From contig CAVPSJ010000014.1 of the NCBI GenBank assembly GCA_963708295.1, forward strand, positions 319,935 through 351,934: DNA of 32,000 bases, in the 5' to 3' direction. Positions 9,037-17,369 of this stretch are shown here, in pieces. Position 1 is the stretch's first letter; the number at the start of each line of letters is the position of its first letter. The DNA comes from an uncultured delta proteobacterium. Its GTDB lineage: Bacteria > Desulfobacterota > BSN033 > UBA1163. The translations under genes and the position numbers were made by a program. Below the pieces are notes generated by a model that saw only the letters and a list, made by a program, of their open reading frames with translations, made no database searches and was not told the origin of the DNA.

Positions 9037-9624
9037 TCATGGCGAGGAAGAGTTTTTTTCCACAAACCTCCGAAGGCTCTTTGGCATCGTGCATTCGGGG
9101 ACGAGCCCGGGTGCGGAAAGAGCCACCTCAACGGCCAGCTCAGCCCCTTTCTTATAAATCTCCCTGCACGAATTCTCCCTGTCGATCTTCTTGTAAAAGG
9201 GCCGAAGCATCGCGCAGCATTTCCCTCCCAGCTCTTCCTGAAACCGGTTGTGGAGATGGGCCGACAAACGGCTGATGCATCCATACCTGGGTCCCACAGG
9301 TCCTGTCCTACCATAGAGGATACCGAGGATCAGGACTCCGGAGGCCAAAGCCCCGCACATACATCCCGTCGGAGTTCCTTCCATTCCTGCTTCGTCAATC
9401 TTCACGGCTCCACCTCCTCCGTGGAATCCGGAGACCATCTTAGGAGGGGCAGGATTAACTTTTAGTTCGAGGATCTCTGCGACCGCAGCGAAGACGGATT
9501 CGCTTCAATGGTATCCCTGCTTACGGTTCAAATTGGCCAGCTGGCCTGCCCTTTTGGCAAGGGCGGCGATTCGGCGGGCCTTGATGCGATTGGCCGCAGG
9601 CGTTGTTTTGATCGGTTGCCTCAC
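9037..9624 (-). CDS. C-GCAxxG-C-C family protein with in-frame TGA (putative selenocysteine at codon 40)
   Basis: The track ORF (9037-9438) starts at MVSGFHGGGG, which is mid-family. Reading the same frame upstream gives GTG(9624)-RQPIKTTPAANRIKARRIAALAKRAGQLANLNRKQGYH-TGA(9507-9505)-SESVFAAVAEILELKVNPAPPK-MVSGFHGGGG...CGALASG...CCAML...C. The TGA sits where the family has its first conserved Cys (G-x-N-C-[AS]-[EQ]-x-V). The GTG overlaps the stop of the M24 gene (GTGA). The total of 588 nt is divisible by 3. Confidence 0.7.
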
Positions 9625-10883
9625 TTCAGCATCTCCTCTTCATACGGAAAGATCGTGAAGACCTCATGCCCCTTATCCGTAATGACCAGGTCCGATTCCA
9701 GGCGGACTGTTTGCTGAAGCAAAGGATGTCCGGCAAAGGTCTCCACGGCAAAATACATATTGGGTTTGATTTCAGCGGGATATTTCAGAGAATAGGCCCT
9801 CGAAATCCACATCCCTTCATAAAGGGTTAGCCCGATGGAATGGGCAAACTGCTGAAGGGTCACGGTTCCGTACTTGTCATCGTCGTAGAGAGGGAACTTT
9901 TCGGCCACATCCTTGCTGGTCTTGCCGGGTTGCATCATTTCAATGGCCGCCTGAAGGGAGTCATAGCATTCCTTATACAGGTCCTTTTCCTTCGGGGTTG
10001 GCTTTCCTTCGACCTTCCAGCAGCGCACATAGTCCACGAAATATCCGGAGGGTCCGACGGTATTATTGTCGATAATGATCAGATCTCCTTGACGGATGAT
10101 CTTGTCCGTGGGCCAGCGCCGGTAGGGGCTCGTGTTTCCGCCGGAGGCGACGATAATCTCGTAGACGATTTCGCATCCCTTTTCGTACATGTACTCGATC
10201 ATTTTCCCGGAAAGCTCCCGCTCGGTGATGCCTGGTTTGGCCCACTCATAACGCGCTTTATACGTACAGGCATCTCCAATGGCTGCGGACTGTTTCAAAA
10301 GCTCGATTTCATCCGGTGTTTTGATGACACGGGCAGCGGACATGGCCGGCATGGCGTTCACTACTTTTATCCCCTTCTTCTGAAAGGCGGCAAGCGAAGC
10401 CATATCGAGAGAATCGATTCCGATCTTTTCCTTCTCCACCTTGTGTTCCCGCAGGACTTCGAGAACACTGTCAACCATGCGATCCACCATGTATTCCACG
10501 GCCCCTTCGGACCATCTCCAGGTGATGGCCGGGCGGATCCTTCCTTCCATCCAGGGAAGGTCCATCTTGGCGCAAACAAGGTCGGAGCCGGCCGTTTCGA
10601 AGAGGATGGGCTCTCCCCCTCTCGGAAGGACGGCGTAGCGGATGAAGATGTTATATTTCCAGTTCCCCTGGAAAGAACTGGTCAGATAACGAATGTTCGC
10701 TCCGTCATATACGACCAGAGCCCCCAGATCATGGAGTTCCATCTGCTCCTTGGCTTTCGCCAGGCGGTCTTTCCGGAGCCGTTCAAAATTGACCCTTTCC
10801 TGCCAATCCGCACCCGTCAGGGAATAGACCCTCCGGGCATCGTACTCATGAGGTTTTCCGATAAACGAAATATCCTTTGCCAT
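9621..10883 (-). CDS. M24 family metallohydrolase (creatinase / Xaa-Pro peptidase fold)
   Basis: 420 aa. A creatinase-like N-domain is followed by a pita-bread domain with candidate metal ligands in DLIIIDNN, GYFVDYVRCW, FAHSIGL, FAVETFAG and VRLESDLVIT. Confidence 0.85.
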   Translation of the reverse strand: MAKDISFIGKPHEYDARRVYSLTGADWQERVNFERLRKDRLAKAKEQMELHDLGALVVYDGANIRYLTSSFQGNWKYNIFIRYAVLPRGGEPILFETAGSDLVCAKMDLPWMEGRIRPAITWRWSEGAVEYMVDRMVDSVLEVLREHKVEKEKIGIDSLDMASLAAFQKKGIKVVNAMPAMSAARVIKTPDEIELLKQSAAIGDACTYKARYEWAKPGITERELSGKMIEYMYEKGCEIVYEIIVASGGNTSPYRRWPTDKIIRQGDLIIIDNNTVGPSGYFVDYVRCWKVEGKPTPKEKDLYKECYDSLQAAIEMMQPGKTSKDVAEKFPLYDDDKYGTVTLQQFAHSIGLTLYEGMWISRAYSLKYPAEIKPNMYFAVETFAGHPLLQQTVRLESDLVITDKGHEVFTIFPYEEEMLK

Positions 10884-10937
10884 GTTCGTCCTCCTTCCCT
10901 TGTTCGGTTATTGAAATTTTGAAATCTCTTCTCAGGT

Positions 10938-11761
10938 TTATCTTTCCTTTCGCATCGAAGCCATAAGGGCTTCCTCTTCTTCCAGCATATGCTGTTTCAT
11001 CGCCTCGACTGCTTTCTGGGAGTCTCTCGCCTCTAGGGCGTCGTAGATCTTCTTGTGGGCGGCGAGGGCTTTTTTGGGCGACCAGGGGATGCGGTATATT
11101 TTGGTCTGGCTCTTTCCGAATGAGATTGGCCAGCATGTCCCAGACCAGGATGAGAACCTCGTTCTGTCCGATTTCTGCGATCAGGCGATGGAACCGGATT
11201 CCCGAAGAGATGAAGGCATCCTGATGGTCGATGTTCTTCTTCATTTCCTCGATGCACCACCAGAGGCTTTTCAAAAACGAATCGTTTATCCGTTTGGCGG
11301 CGATGTCCACCATCCCCACCTCGAGCATCCTTCGAGTTTGCCAGAGTTTGACCAGAGTATCCCGCTCGATCTGGAGCCGGGTTCTGAGGGAGATGATTCA
11401 GGGATTCGATATAGGGGAGGAAGTTCACCTCCTTGACATAGATTCCGTCGCCCACTTTGATTTCGATCAGGCCCATGACGTCCAGGATTCGAAGGGCCTC
11501 CCTCAGGGAGTGGCGGCTGATGTGAAATTGCTGCGCCAGGCTCCGTTCGGAAGGGAGGCGGTCTCCGGGGGTGTATTTCTTCCTCAGAATCAACGTCTGA
11601 ATCTGGTCGGCTGCATTTTCGTAGAGCCGAACCCGCCGGATGGGCTTTAACAGAATCTCGCTCTCCGGCTCCGGCTTTTTAGAGGGCGCCGATGGGGGAC
11701 GCGTTGGGAATCGACGGCCGATGACTTGATTCACATCGAACCCTTTCTTTTTTCCTCCCAA
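10938..11761 (-). pseudogene. GntR/FadR-family transcriptional regulator (wHTH + FCD) interrupted by two frameshifts
   Basis: The gene reads in three frames. The wHTH part (..LPSERSLAQQFHISRHSLREALRILDVMGLIEIKVGDGIYV) is in the 11033-11761 frame. The first FCD part (LQIERDTLVKLWQTRRMLEVGMVDIAAKR...FHRLIAEIGQNEVL) is in the 10846-11328 frame. The FCD end (AHKKIYDALEARDSQKAVEAMKQHMLEEEEALMASMRKER*) is in the third frame, with its stop at 10940-10938. The shifts lie near 11385-11397 and 11108-11120. The span is 2 nt longer than a multiple of 3. Confidence 0.8.
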
Positions 11762-11820
11762 GAAGTCACTGAGGGGAGAAGCGCGTTCCGAAGGGTGATC
11801 CTTCGGAAGACGAGGCGGTC

Positions 11821-11864
11821 AAGTGGTTAGACCAATTCATAGTACGGCTGAAATCTTTTGTCAA
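11821..11864 (-). promoter_or_regulatory. Sigma70-type promoter plus FadR-type palindromic operator upstream of the GntR gene
   Basis: On the minus strand: TTGACA (11864-11859), a 17 nt spacer, then TATGAA (11841-11836). The palindrome AATTGGT-CTA-ACCACTT (11837-11821) follows; its core TGGT-N3-ACCA matches the classical GntR/FadR operator shape. Confidence 0.55.
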
Positions 11865-11951
11865 GGGGAAAATCAGGCTTTCCCTCCGAGATGACGGCGG
11901 GGTGATTTTACGAGACCGGAGGGTATAAGCAGAGAGGATCGGGTGTTTGGT

Positions 11952-12934
11952 TCAGCCCTTTGTCTTCTTTCGGACCACTTCGTCCCAGTTGATGCTGTAC
12001 GAGGGCTTTCTTCCCTCCAGCACATCGACGGCGTTTTGAGCGGCCCCTTCAGCAAGCTGTGCCACTGCATCCCTGGTTAATGCACCCGTGTGCGGGGTGA
12101 GAATCACATTTTCCATTTGAAAGAACGGATGGGACGTTTCTGGGGGTTCCTTCGCGAAGACATCGAGGCCTGCCCCGGCGATCATTCCCTGCTGAAGGGC
12201 TTCGATCAGTGCCGGTTCATCAATGATCTCCCCCCGTGAGGTGTTGATGAGAAACGCCGTAGGTTTCATCCAGCTCAATTCTTTCTTTCCGATGAGTCTT
12301 TGCGTCTCGCTGCTCAACGGCACGTGGACGGAGAGAAAGTCGGACGTCTTGAACATCTCTTCTCTCTCTTTGGTAAACACAAGACCGGGAAGATGGAGAT
12401 CCTCGGGGTTGAGATAGGGATCGTAGCCCCAGACTTCCAACCCCAGGGGTGGCAGATGTCAGCCACAATTCTGCCGATCCTGCCCAGACCGATGAGGCCG
12501 ACCCTTTTTCCGAAAAGGCCCATGGGGCGATATTCGTACCGTGATTTGAAGTTTCCTTTTCGGACTTCTCTGTTGAGATAGAAGATCTGTTTTGACAGAG
12601 CCAGGATGAGCGTCACGGCAAGCTCTGCAACAAAACGGTCCTGGGGGCCCTTGACGCCGCACACCACGACGCTGGATTCCGTGGCGGCTTCGATGTCTAC
12701 ATTATCGAGTCCTCCTCCGGTCCGGGAGATCACCTCCAGATGGGGTGCTGATTCGATCATCGATCGGGTGACTTTGGTGGCCGTCCGGACGATGAGGCCC
12801 TGGACTTCTTTCAACCGTTGCCCCACCGATTCTCCTGAGGGGTCCGGACTGATCAGGAAGTCCACCTTTCCTTCGAGCACCTTGATGCCGGCTTCATCAA
12901 TGGGTTCTGCCAAGAGTACCTTTTTCAACGTCAA
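11952..12934 (-). pseudogene. D-isomer-specific 2-hydroxyacid dehydrogenase (PGDH-like) interrupted by one frameshift
   Basis: The N-part is ORF 12314-12934 (..VGLIGLGRIGRIVADICHP). The C-part is ORF 11952-12440 (LEVWGYDPY...FLSVHVPL...INTSRGEIID..ALIEALQ.G.IAGAGLDVF..EP......NVILTPH). The junction is at the run CACCCCTGGGG (12441-12450). The span is 1 nt short of a multiple of 3. Confidence 0.8.
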
Positions 12935-12958
12935 CCTCCGGGTCTTATTTGTTACCCT

Positions 12959-13132
12959 CTACAGCAATTGGTCCAGTAACTCCATGAGTTCTGGATCGCC
13001 GCCTGCGGGTGGAGACCAGTTCACATGGATCACCGCCACCCCCTGAATTTGCAGGGCTTCAGCAAAATCTGCCACTCCGATATTGACCGCGATCGGGCCC
13101 TGGTGAAGGAGCTCTTCCAGTTTATTTGGCAC
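12959..13132 (-). CDS. Small conserved-looking ORF (57 aa) translationally coupled to fdrA
   Basis: The GTG at 13132 overlaps the FdrA stop (GTGCCAAATAA). Product: (M)PNKLEELLHQGPIAVNIGVADFAEALQIQGVAVIHVNWSPPAGGDPELMELLDQLL. No family was recognised with certainty. It could instead be a frameshifted C-terminal extension of FdrA. Confidence 0.45.
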   Translation of the reverse strand: MPNKLEELLHQGPIAVNIGVADFAEALQIQGVAVIHVNWSPPAGGDPELMELLDQLL

Positions 13133-14687
13133 GAGTAACCTCCGAAAGACTTGATGCGAGGAGTGCACAAAACTGGGCCGCCTGAGCGCTGCTTGGGAAA
13201 ACGGCGACCCCTGCTTCTTCGAGCACCCTGACCTGCTGCGGAAAGTTCTGGGGGTCTCCTTCTGTTCCGCATATTGAAGCAACGACGCTGAGGGATCCGC
13301 CCCTCTTCTTGGCCGCGGCTTTGGCCTCCTGGATTGCCGAGACCAGCTCGCCAGCCGGGTCGGGGGAAGCATTGAAGCCAAGCACAAAATCGAGAAGAAG
13401 AATTGCCACTTGCGGGTCCTGGCCTTCAGCCAGAATGCGATCACAGCGCAGGCGGGAGTCAATCATGGGATGGGGCTTTCCAACCGTAAAATCATCGGTT
13501 CCCATGTCCACCAGGGTGTGCTCCTCACTTCTCATGGGATCGGCCAATTTCACATTTCCATGGAGCGGGGCGTTCGAGTGGACGACGATGCCTGCGTCTT
13601 GGAGAATCTGCTGGGCCTGGAAGCAAAAGGTGCCGCCGGCGAAGATTCCGCGGAGGTATTGTTGCGCTGGATTCTTATTCACTTGTTCTCTTCCAGCAAG
13701 CTTCTGCAAATTGGATGAATTGGCATCAAAACGCGGCGGAGCGTGACCCGTTACCCTTTGAATGGCCATGGCAGCAGCATCATCCAACGTGCGGGCCGTC
13801 TTATAAGGAGCATCTGCGGAGAGAGACCCTTGTTTGAGCCCCAGGAAACAAGCGACCAGGGGCTTTTGACACTGGCGCATTTTGGGAATGAGACTGGCAA
13901 GCGCCCGTTCTCCGGGGGGCTTGGACAAGATCGTGATGACTTCGGTCTGCGAATCGGAATCGAGGGCGTCTAAGGCGGTCAGGAAGGAGATGCCACCCAC
14001 GGCATTCGAAAGGTCCCGGCTGCCGATTCCTATGGCCTGAGAGATCCCCGAGCCCGCCTGATGGACGAGGGAAGTGAATTCCTGGATCCCTGTGCCGGAA
14101 GCACCGATGACGCCAATGGGGCCGCGACGAACGGCGTTGGCGAAGCCAATTCCCTTGCCGCCGATGATGGCTGTGCCGCAATCAGGACCCATGACCATGA
14201 GGCCATGCTCACGGGCATACTCCTTGAGGGAGATCTCGCTCTCAACAGGGACATTATCACTGAACAGGAATACGTTCAGGCCGTGCTCCAGCGCCTTCCG
14301 GGCTTCTCGGGCAGCATAGAAGCCTGGAACAGAAATAACCGCGAGGTTGGAATAATGTTGCATCGCCATAGCTTCATCAAGAGTGCGGATATCGTCCCTC
14401 GGAGCAGAACCCAAGTCGATCGTTAACCAGCGATCTATGTCCTCAAGCATTGAGGCGAGAGCTTCTTGGCTGTCCGCTTTGACCGCTACAATAAGGTCGC
14501 TGGGTGTTGCTTCCGAAATCTCCTGACCTCTTACTTCAATTTCTTCGAGCAAGACTTTGTTCTTTTCCGTTCCCATCAGAGCCGCCGCCTGCAGAATACC
14601 CTTTTGCTGGGACAGGCGCTTGGCCACCCGCATCAGAAAAACAGAATCATGATATTCGTTCTTTCGGATAACGTATCCCGTCACCAT
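13122..14687 (-). CDS. fdrA: FdrA family protein (succinyl-CoA-synthetase-alpha-like; AllF-type subunit)
   Basis: 521 aa. The N-terminus VIRKNEYHDSVFLMRVAKRL......AALMGTEKNK.LL and the CoA-ligase-like core (GPDCGTAII...GIIGASGTG) are typical of FdrA. SD GGAGA lies 7 nt upstream of the ATG. Confidence 0.85.
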   Translation of the reverse strand: MVTGYVIRKNEYHDSVFLMRVAKRLSQQKGILQAAALMGTEKNKVLLEEIEVRGQEISEATPSDLIVAVKADSQEALASMLEDIDRWLTIDLGSAPRDDIRTLDEAMAMQHYSNLAVISVPGFYAAREARKALEHGLNVFLFSDNVPVESEISLKEYAREHGLMVMGPDCGTAIIGGKGIGFANAVRRGPIGVIGASGTGIQEFTSLVHQAGSGISQAIGIGSRDLSNAVGGISFLTALDALDSDSQTEVITILSKPPGERALASLIPKMRQCQKPLVACFLGLKQGSLSADAPYKTARTLDDAAAMAIQRVTGHAPPRFDANSSNLQKLAGREQVNKNPAQQYLRGIFAGGTFCFQAQQILQDAGIVVHSNAPLHGNVKLADPMRSEEHTLVDMGTDDFTVGKPHPMIDSRLRCDRILAEGQDPQVAILLLDFVLGFNASPDPAGELVSAIQEAKAAAKKRGGSLSVVASICGTEGDPQNFPQQVRVLEEAGVAVFPSSAQAAQFCALLASSLSEVTRAK

Positions 14688-14726
14688 TCTATTTCTCCGG
14701 CTATCCTGACCGACCCTCCCTTGTAT

Positions 14727-14865
14727 CCCCTCCCGTCAAGGGAGGGGGAAATAAATGATTTCCCTCTCCCCTTATCCCTCCTTCCCTCCCTTTACAAAAG
14801 GGAGGAATTCCCCCCCTTTGACAAAGAGAGGTAACCTGCCTGCGCGAAGTCCCGCCTTGCGGGAC
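14727..14865. repeat. Cluster of G/C-tract hairpin repeats in the DUF1116 / fdrA gap
   Basis: CCCCTCCC-GTCAA-GGGAGGGG (14727-14747), CCTCCCTTT-ACA-AAAGGGAGG (14785-14805) and GTCCCGC-CTT-GCGGGAC (14849-14865). Same family as 3408-3500 and 4829-4868. Confidence 0.6.
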
Positions 14866-14966
14866 GAAGGCAAGGGGAGATGCTCTGAAACCTATGTTTT
14901 CTTTATTATGAACTCCTTGGTCATTTCAGGTTCTTCTATTCCCCATTCCGCATTCTGCATTTGCAG

Positions 14967-16232
14967 TTACGATCGGCCCAGCCCGTATTTTCGGCCAAAG
15001 CTCAACAGGGCCTTTTTGAAGCATTCCATTGGAGCGCGGACCAGCCCGGCTCCGATAATGGAATGACCGGGATTCTTATTGGCGATCGCGGTGTCGATGA
15101 TGGGAGCAATTCCTGTCTGGACCACTTTACGTATATCGATACCTACTGGAGCTCCCTGAAAACCAAGCACAGGCATGCGGTAATTGGGACTGGTGCTCAC
15201 CGTGATCTGACGCATTTCCCGGTTATACGCCATCGCCTCCTCGGGCGTGCCACCGACCAGACTCAGGATTCCTGGGGCACCACACAGAACGAGCCCGCCC
15301 CAACCTACGGTCTCCGTAATCGCAGAATCTCCCATATCGGCGCCTGCGTCTTTTTCGCTGTAGCCGGGCAGGTACAGTCCATCCACTTTCGGCGACGGTG
15401 CGGTGAACCATTCATCTCCAAGGCCGCTGACACGGATTCCAAACTCCGTCCCATTCCGTGCCATGGTCACAACGACGGTGCTGTGCTCAATGCCCATTGC
15501 AGGGTCCGCCGAAGCTTTACCCGACGCCATGGAAAGACCAAGGAAAATGAGTTCATGGTTCGTAATATAATTGATCGTACCCACCAGGTGATCTGTTTTG
15601 ACGCCCGTTTCAATCATCGGCGCCACCATTGCATTTGCAAATAGACTTGAGGCAGCCATGGATCGATTATGCAACTCATCCCCCATTTGCAGTGCTTTAG
15701 CAATAATGGGCTTGAGAGGAAGTCCTCCCTTTTGAAGGAGACCTTTTCTGAGCGACGGTGCCCAGACATCTCGCCAGAGGCGCAAGCCCTGTAGAGCCGA
15801 GTCGCTGTAATCGCCGAACTGCTGGCGTCCCTCCACCTGGCGACAGAAAGCCCGATTCGCAAAGGCTTTATTCTCGACGACCCACACGGGCATCGACCAA
15901 GAGATCGTGCCAGCCATTGGGCCGACCGCGTGGTGGTGATGATTGGGTTCAATCTTAATGGCTCCGCTCTCGAGGAGCTTCACTGCCTCCTCTTCGTTCT
16001 TGGCCCAACCTTCGAAAAGAACCACACCGATCATGGCACCCCTCTGGGCACCGCACATGTGCTGCCAATCAATAGGCGGTCCGGAGTGCAGGATCATTCG
16101 ATCTTCAAGACCCGGGATGACTTCTCCTGCGGGTGCAATATCGACCAGGACAGGATCAGCGGCATTGATCCGTCTCACGGTCTCTAAGTTGGCAGCTTCA
16201 ATCTTCTGTTTGATGTCTTCTGCAGGTGTCAA
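14967..16232 (-). CDS. ylbE: DUF1116 protein (YlbE / AllG-type subunit)
   Basis: The N-terminus ..IEAANLETVRRINAADPVLVDIAPAGEVIPGLEDRMILHSGPPIDW is typical of DUF1116. The track start is the TTG at 16271. The TTG at 16232 has a strong SD (GGAGGA 5 nt upstream) and is preferred. Confidence 0.85.
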   Translation of the reverse strand: MTPAEDIKQKIEAANLETVRRINAADPVLVDIAPAGEVIPGLEDRMILHSGPPIDWQHMCGAQRGAMIGVVLFEGWAKNEEEAVKLLESGAIKIEPNHHHHAVGPMAGTISWSMPVWVVENKAFANRAFCRQVEGRQQFGDYSDSALQGLRLWRDVWAPSLRKGLLQKGGLPLKPIIAKALQMGDELHNRSMAASSLFANAMVAPMIETGVKTDHLVGTINYITNHELIFLGLSMASGKASADPAMGIEHSTVVVTMARNGTEFGIRVSGLGDEWFTAPSPKVDGLYLPGYSEKDAGADMGDSAITETVGWGGLVLCGAPGILSLVGGTPEEAMAYNREMRQITVSTSPNYRMPVLGFQGAPVGIDIRKVVQTGIAPIIDTAIANKNPGHSIIGAGLVRAPMECFKKALLSFGRKYGLGRS

Positions 16233-16387
16233 CGTTCTCCTCCATTCGTATCTTTGACCTTCTCTTCTCAACCTCGCTTCCTTCCAGAGTCCTATTCCCT
16301 TTGCCTATCAAAGACCGCAATTCTAAAACTTTGAAGATATTCTCGCTCGCCCGACTCTCCCGATTCTTTCATAGCTTCAGGGAGAGA

Positions 16388-17368
16388 TCAGGCAGGAAGC
16401 GCACTCAATTCCCCTTCGACAAAGAGCATGCCGGTCAGCATTCCCGCCAGGATATCCCATCCGGATGTTTCGCCGATCCCGAGTAAGCGCTCGGTTTCTC
16501 CCAGGGTTCGACTTAGGTCTCGGCCATTCAACAATGACACGACCACATCATGGAGCGGTTTGGGTCCGTGGCCGAGGGCATGATCTCTGAGAATCGCATG
16601 GCTGATGGGATGGGTCTGTGTGGACGCCCATTCGATCAGATCCATGACAGGTTCGTCTTCCCAGCGGAAGTGCTGAGGGTACGCTGTCTTGAGCGCGTGA
16701 GCGGCGAAGAGCAGACCTCCGAGAAAATCATCTCCTGAAGGCGTCAGGCCCGGACCGAGGCCGACCAGTTCCCTGCTTCTCCGCGCCACCTCCGTCATAT
16801 CGAGGTCCAAACAGGCCGTTGTAAGATCAAGCATGGCATTGCGAGCTTTGGCGAGGAAGGGATCTGCGTTCGAAATCGCCTGCTTCTTGCCGCCCACGAC
16901 CGACGAAATGAGTGAAATCATCCGGCCGAGCCCTTTTGCGTTCCCAAGCCTCGTGACGGCCTCAACCCACTGGCGGATGTGCGCCTGAACGGTAGGGAGC
17001 GGCTCTGCGTTCCCCGGTCCGACGCCGGAGGGCTTCCATTCCGTTGCTGGCTCCAGATCAACGGTTGTTCCCTCCGGAAATCGTATCCACGGACCATCGA
17101 CGAAGAAGTTTTGGCCTACGCTAATAGACCTCGGCCGAAACGAAACCAGAATGCACCGCCTGTGCATGGCCAGCCCTTGCTGTGACATCCACAAAATTTC
17201 TCCGTCTCCGCTGACCAAGTAGACCGATGCAGAAAGAACAGCAAGCACTTTTCCTGAGAAACCATGCTGAGCAAGCAGGCCCTTGGCCCTCGATCCGATC
17301 TGCTTTGCATGATAGAGAAAAGGCTTCTCGTTTTCATTAAGAACAAAACAATCGGCAATAGGCTGCAT
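16388..17368 (-). CDS. ylbF: DUF2877 protein (YlbF / AllH-type subunit)
   Basis: Contains the GLGPGLTPSGDDFLGGLL signature that I associate with DUF2877. Its position next to DUF1116 and FdrA matches the fdrA-ylbE-ylbF arrangement. The ATG at 17368 lies 1 nt after the SBP stop; the track start at 17398 overlaps the SBP gene. Confidence 0.7.
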   Translation of the reverse strand: MQPIADCFVLNENEKPFLYHAKQIGSRAKGLLAQHGFSGKVLAVLSASVYLVSGDGEILWMSQQGLAMHRRCILVSFRPRSISVGQNFFVDGPWIRFPEGTTVDLEPATEWKPSGVGPGNAEPLPTVQAHIRQWVEAVTRLGNAKGLGRMISLISSVVGGKKQAISNADPFLAKARNAMLDLTTACLDLDMTEVARRSRELVGLGPGLTPSGDDFLGGLLFAAHALKTAYPQHFRWEDEPVMDLIEWASTQTHPISHAILRDHALGHGPKPLHDVVVSLLNGRDLSRTLGETERLLGIGETSGWDILAGMLTGMLFVEGELSALPA

Positions 17369-17369
17369 C

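Noticed and set aside
8949-9314. Minus-strand ORF 8949-9314 (121 aa) overlapping the C-GCAxxG-C-C gene in another frame.
   Set aside because: The overlapping frame 9037-9624 carries the family signature. This ORF has no motifs and an Arg/Trp-rich composition.
3408-14865. Whether the G/C-tract hairpins or the A/T-rich repeats at 18570-18650 form a CRISPR array.
   Set aside because: There are no regularly spaced identical direct repeats with unique spacers. The copies are scattered, differ in sequence and are self-complementary. No cas genes are present.
14755-15066. Pro/Ser/Gly-rich ORF 14755-15066 (and 14466-14834) in the DUF1116/fdrA gap.
   Set aside because: It is encoded by the G/C-tract hairpin repeats and by antisense of the gene ends, and has no start context or homology-like features.
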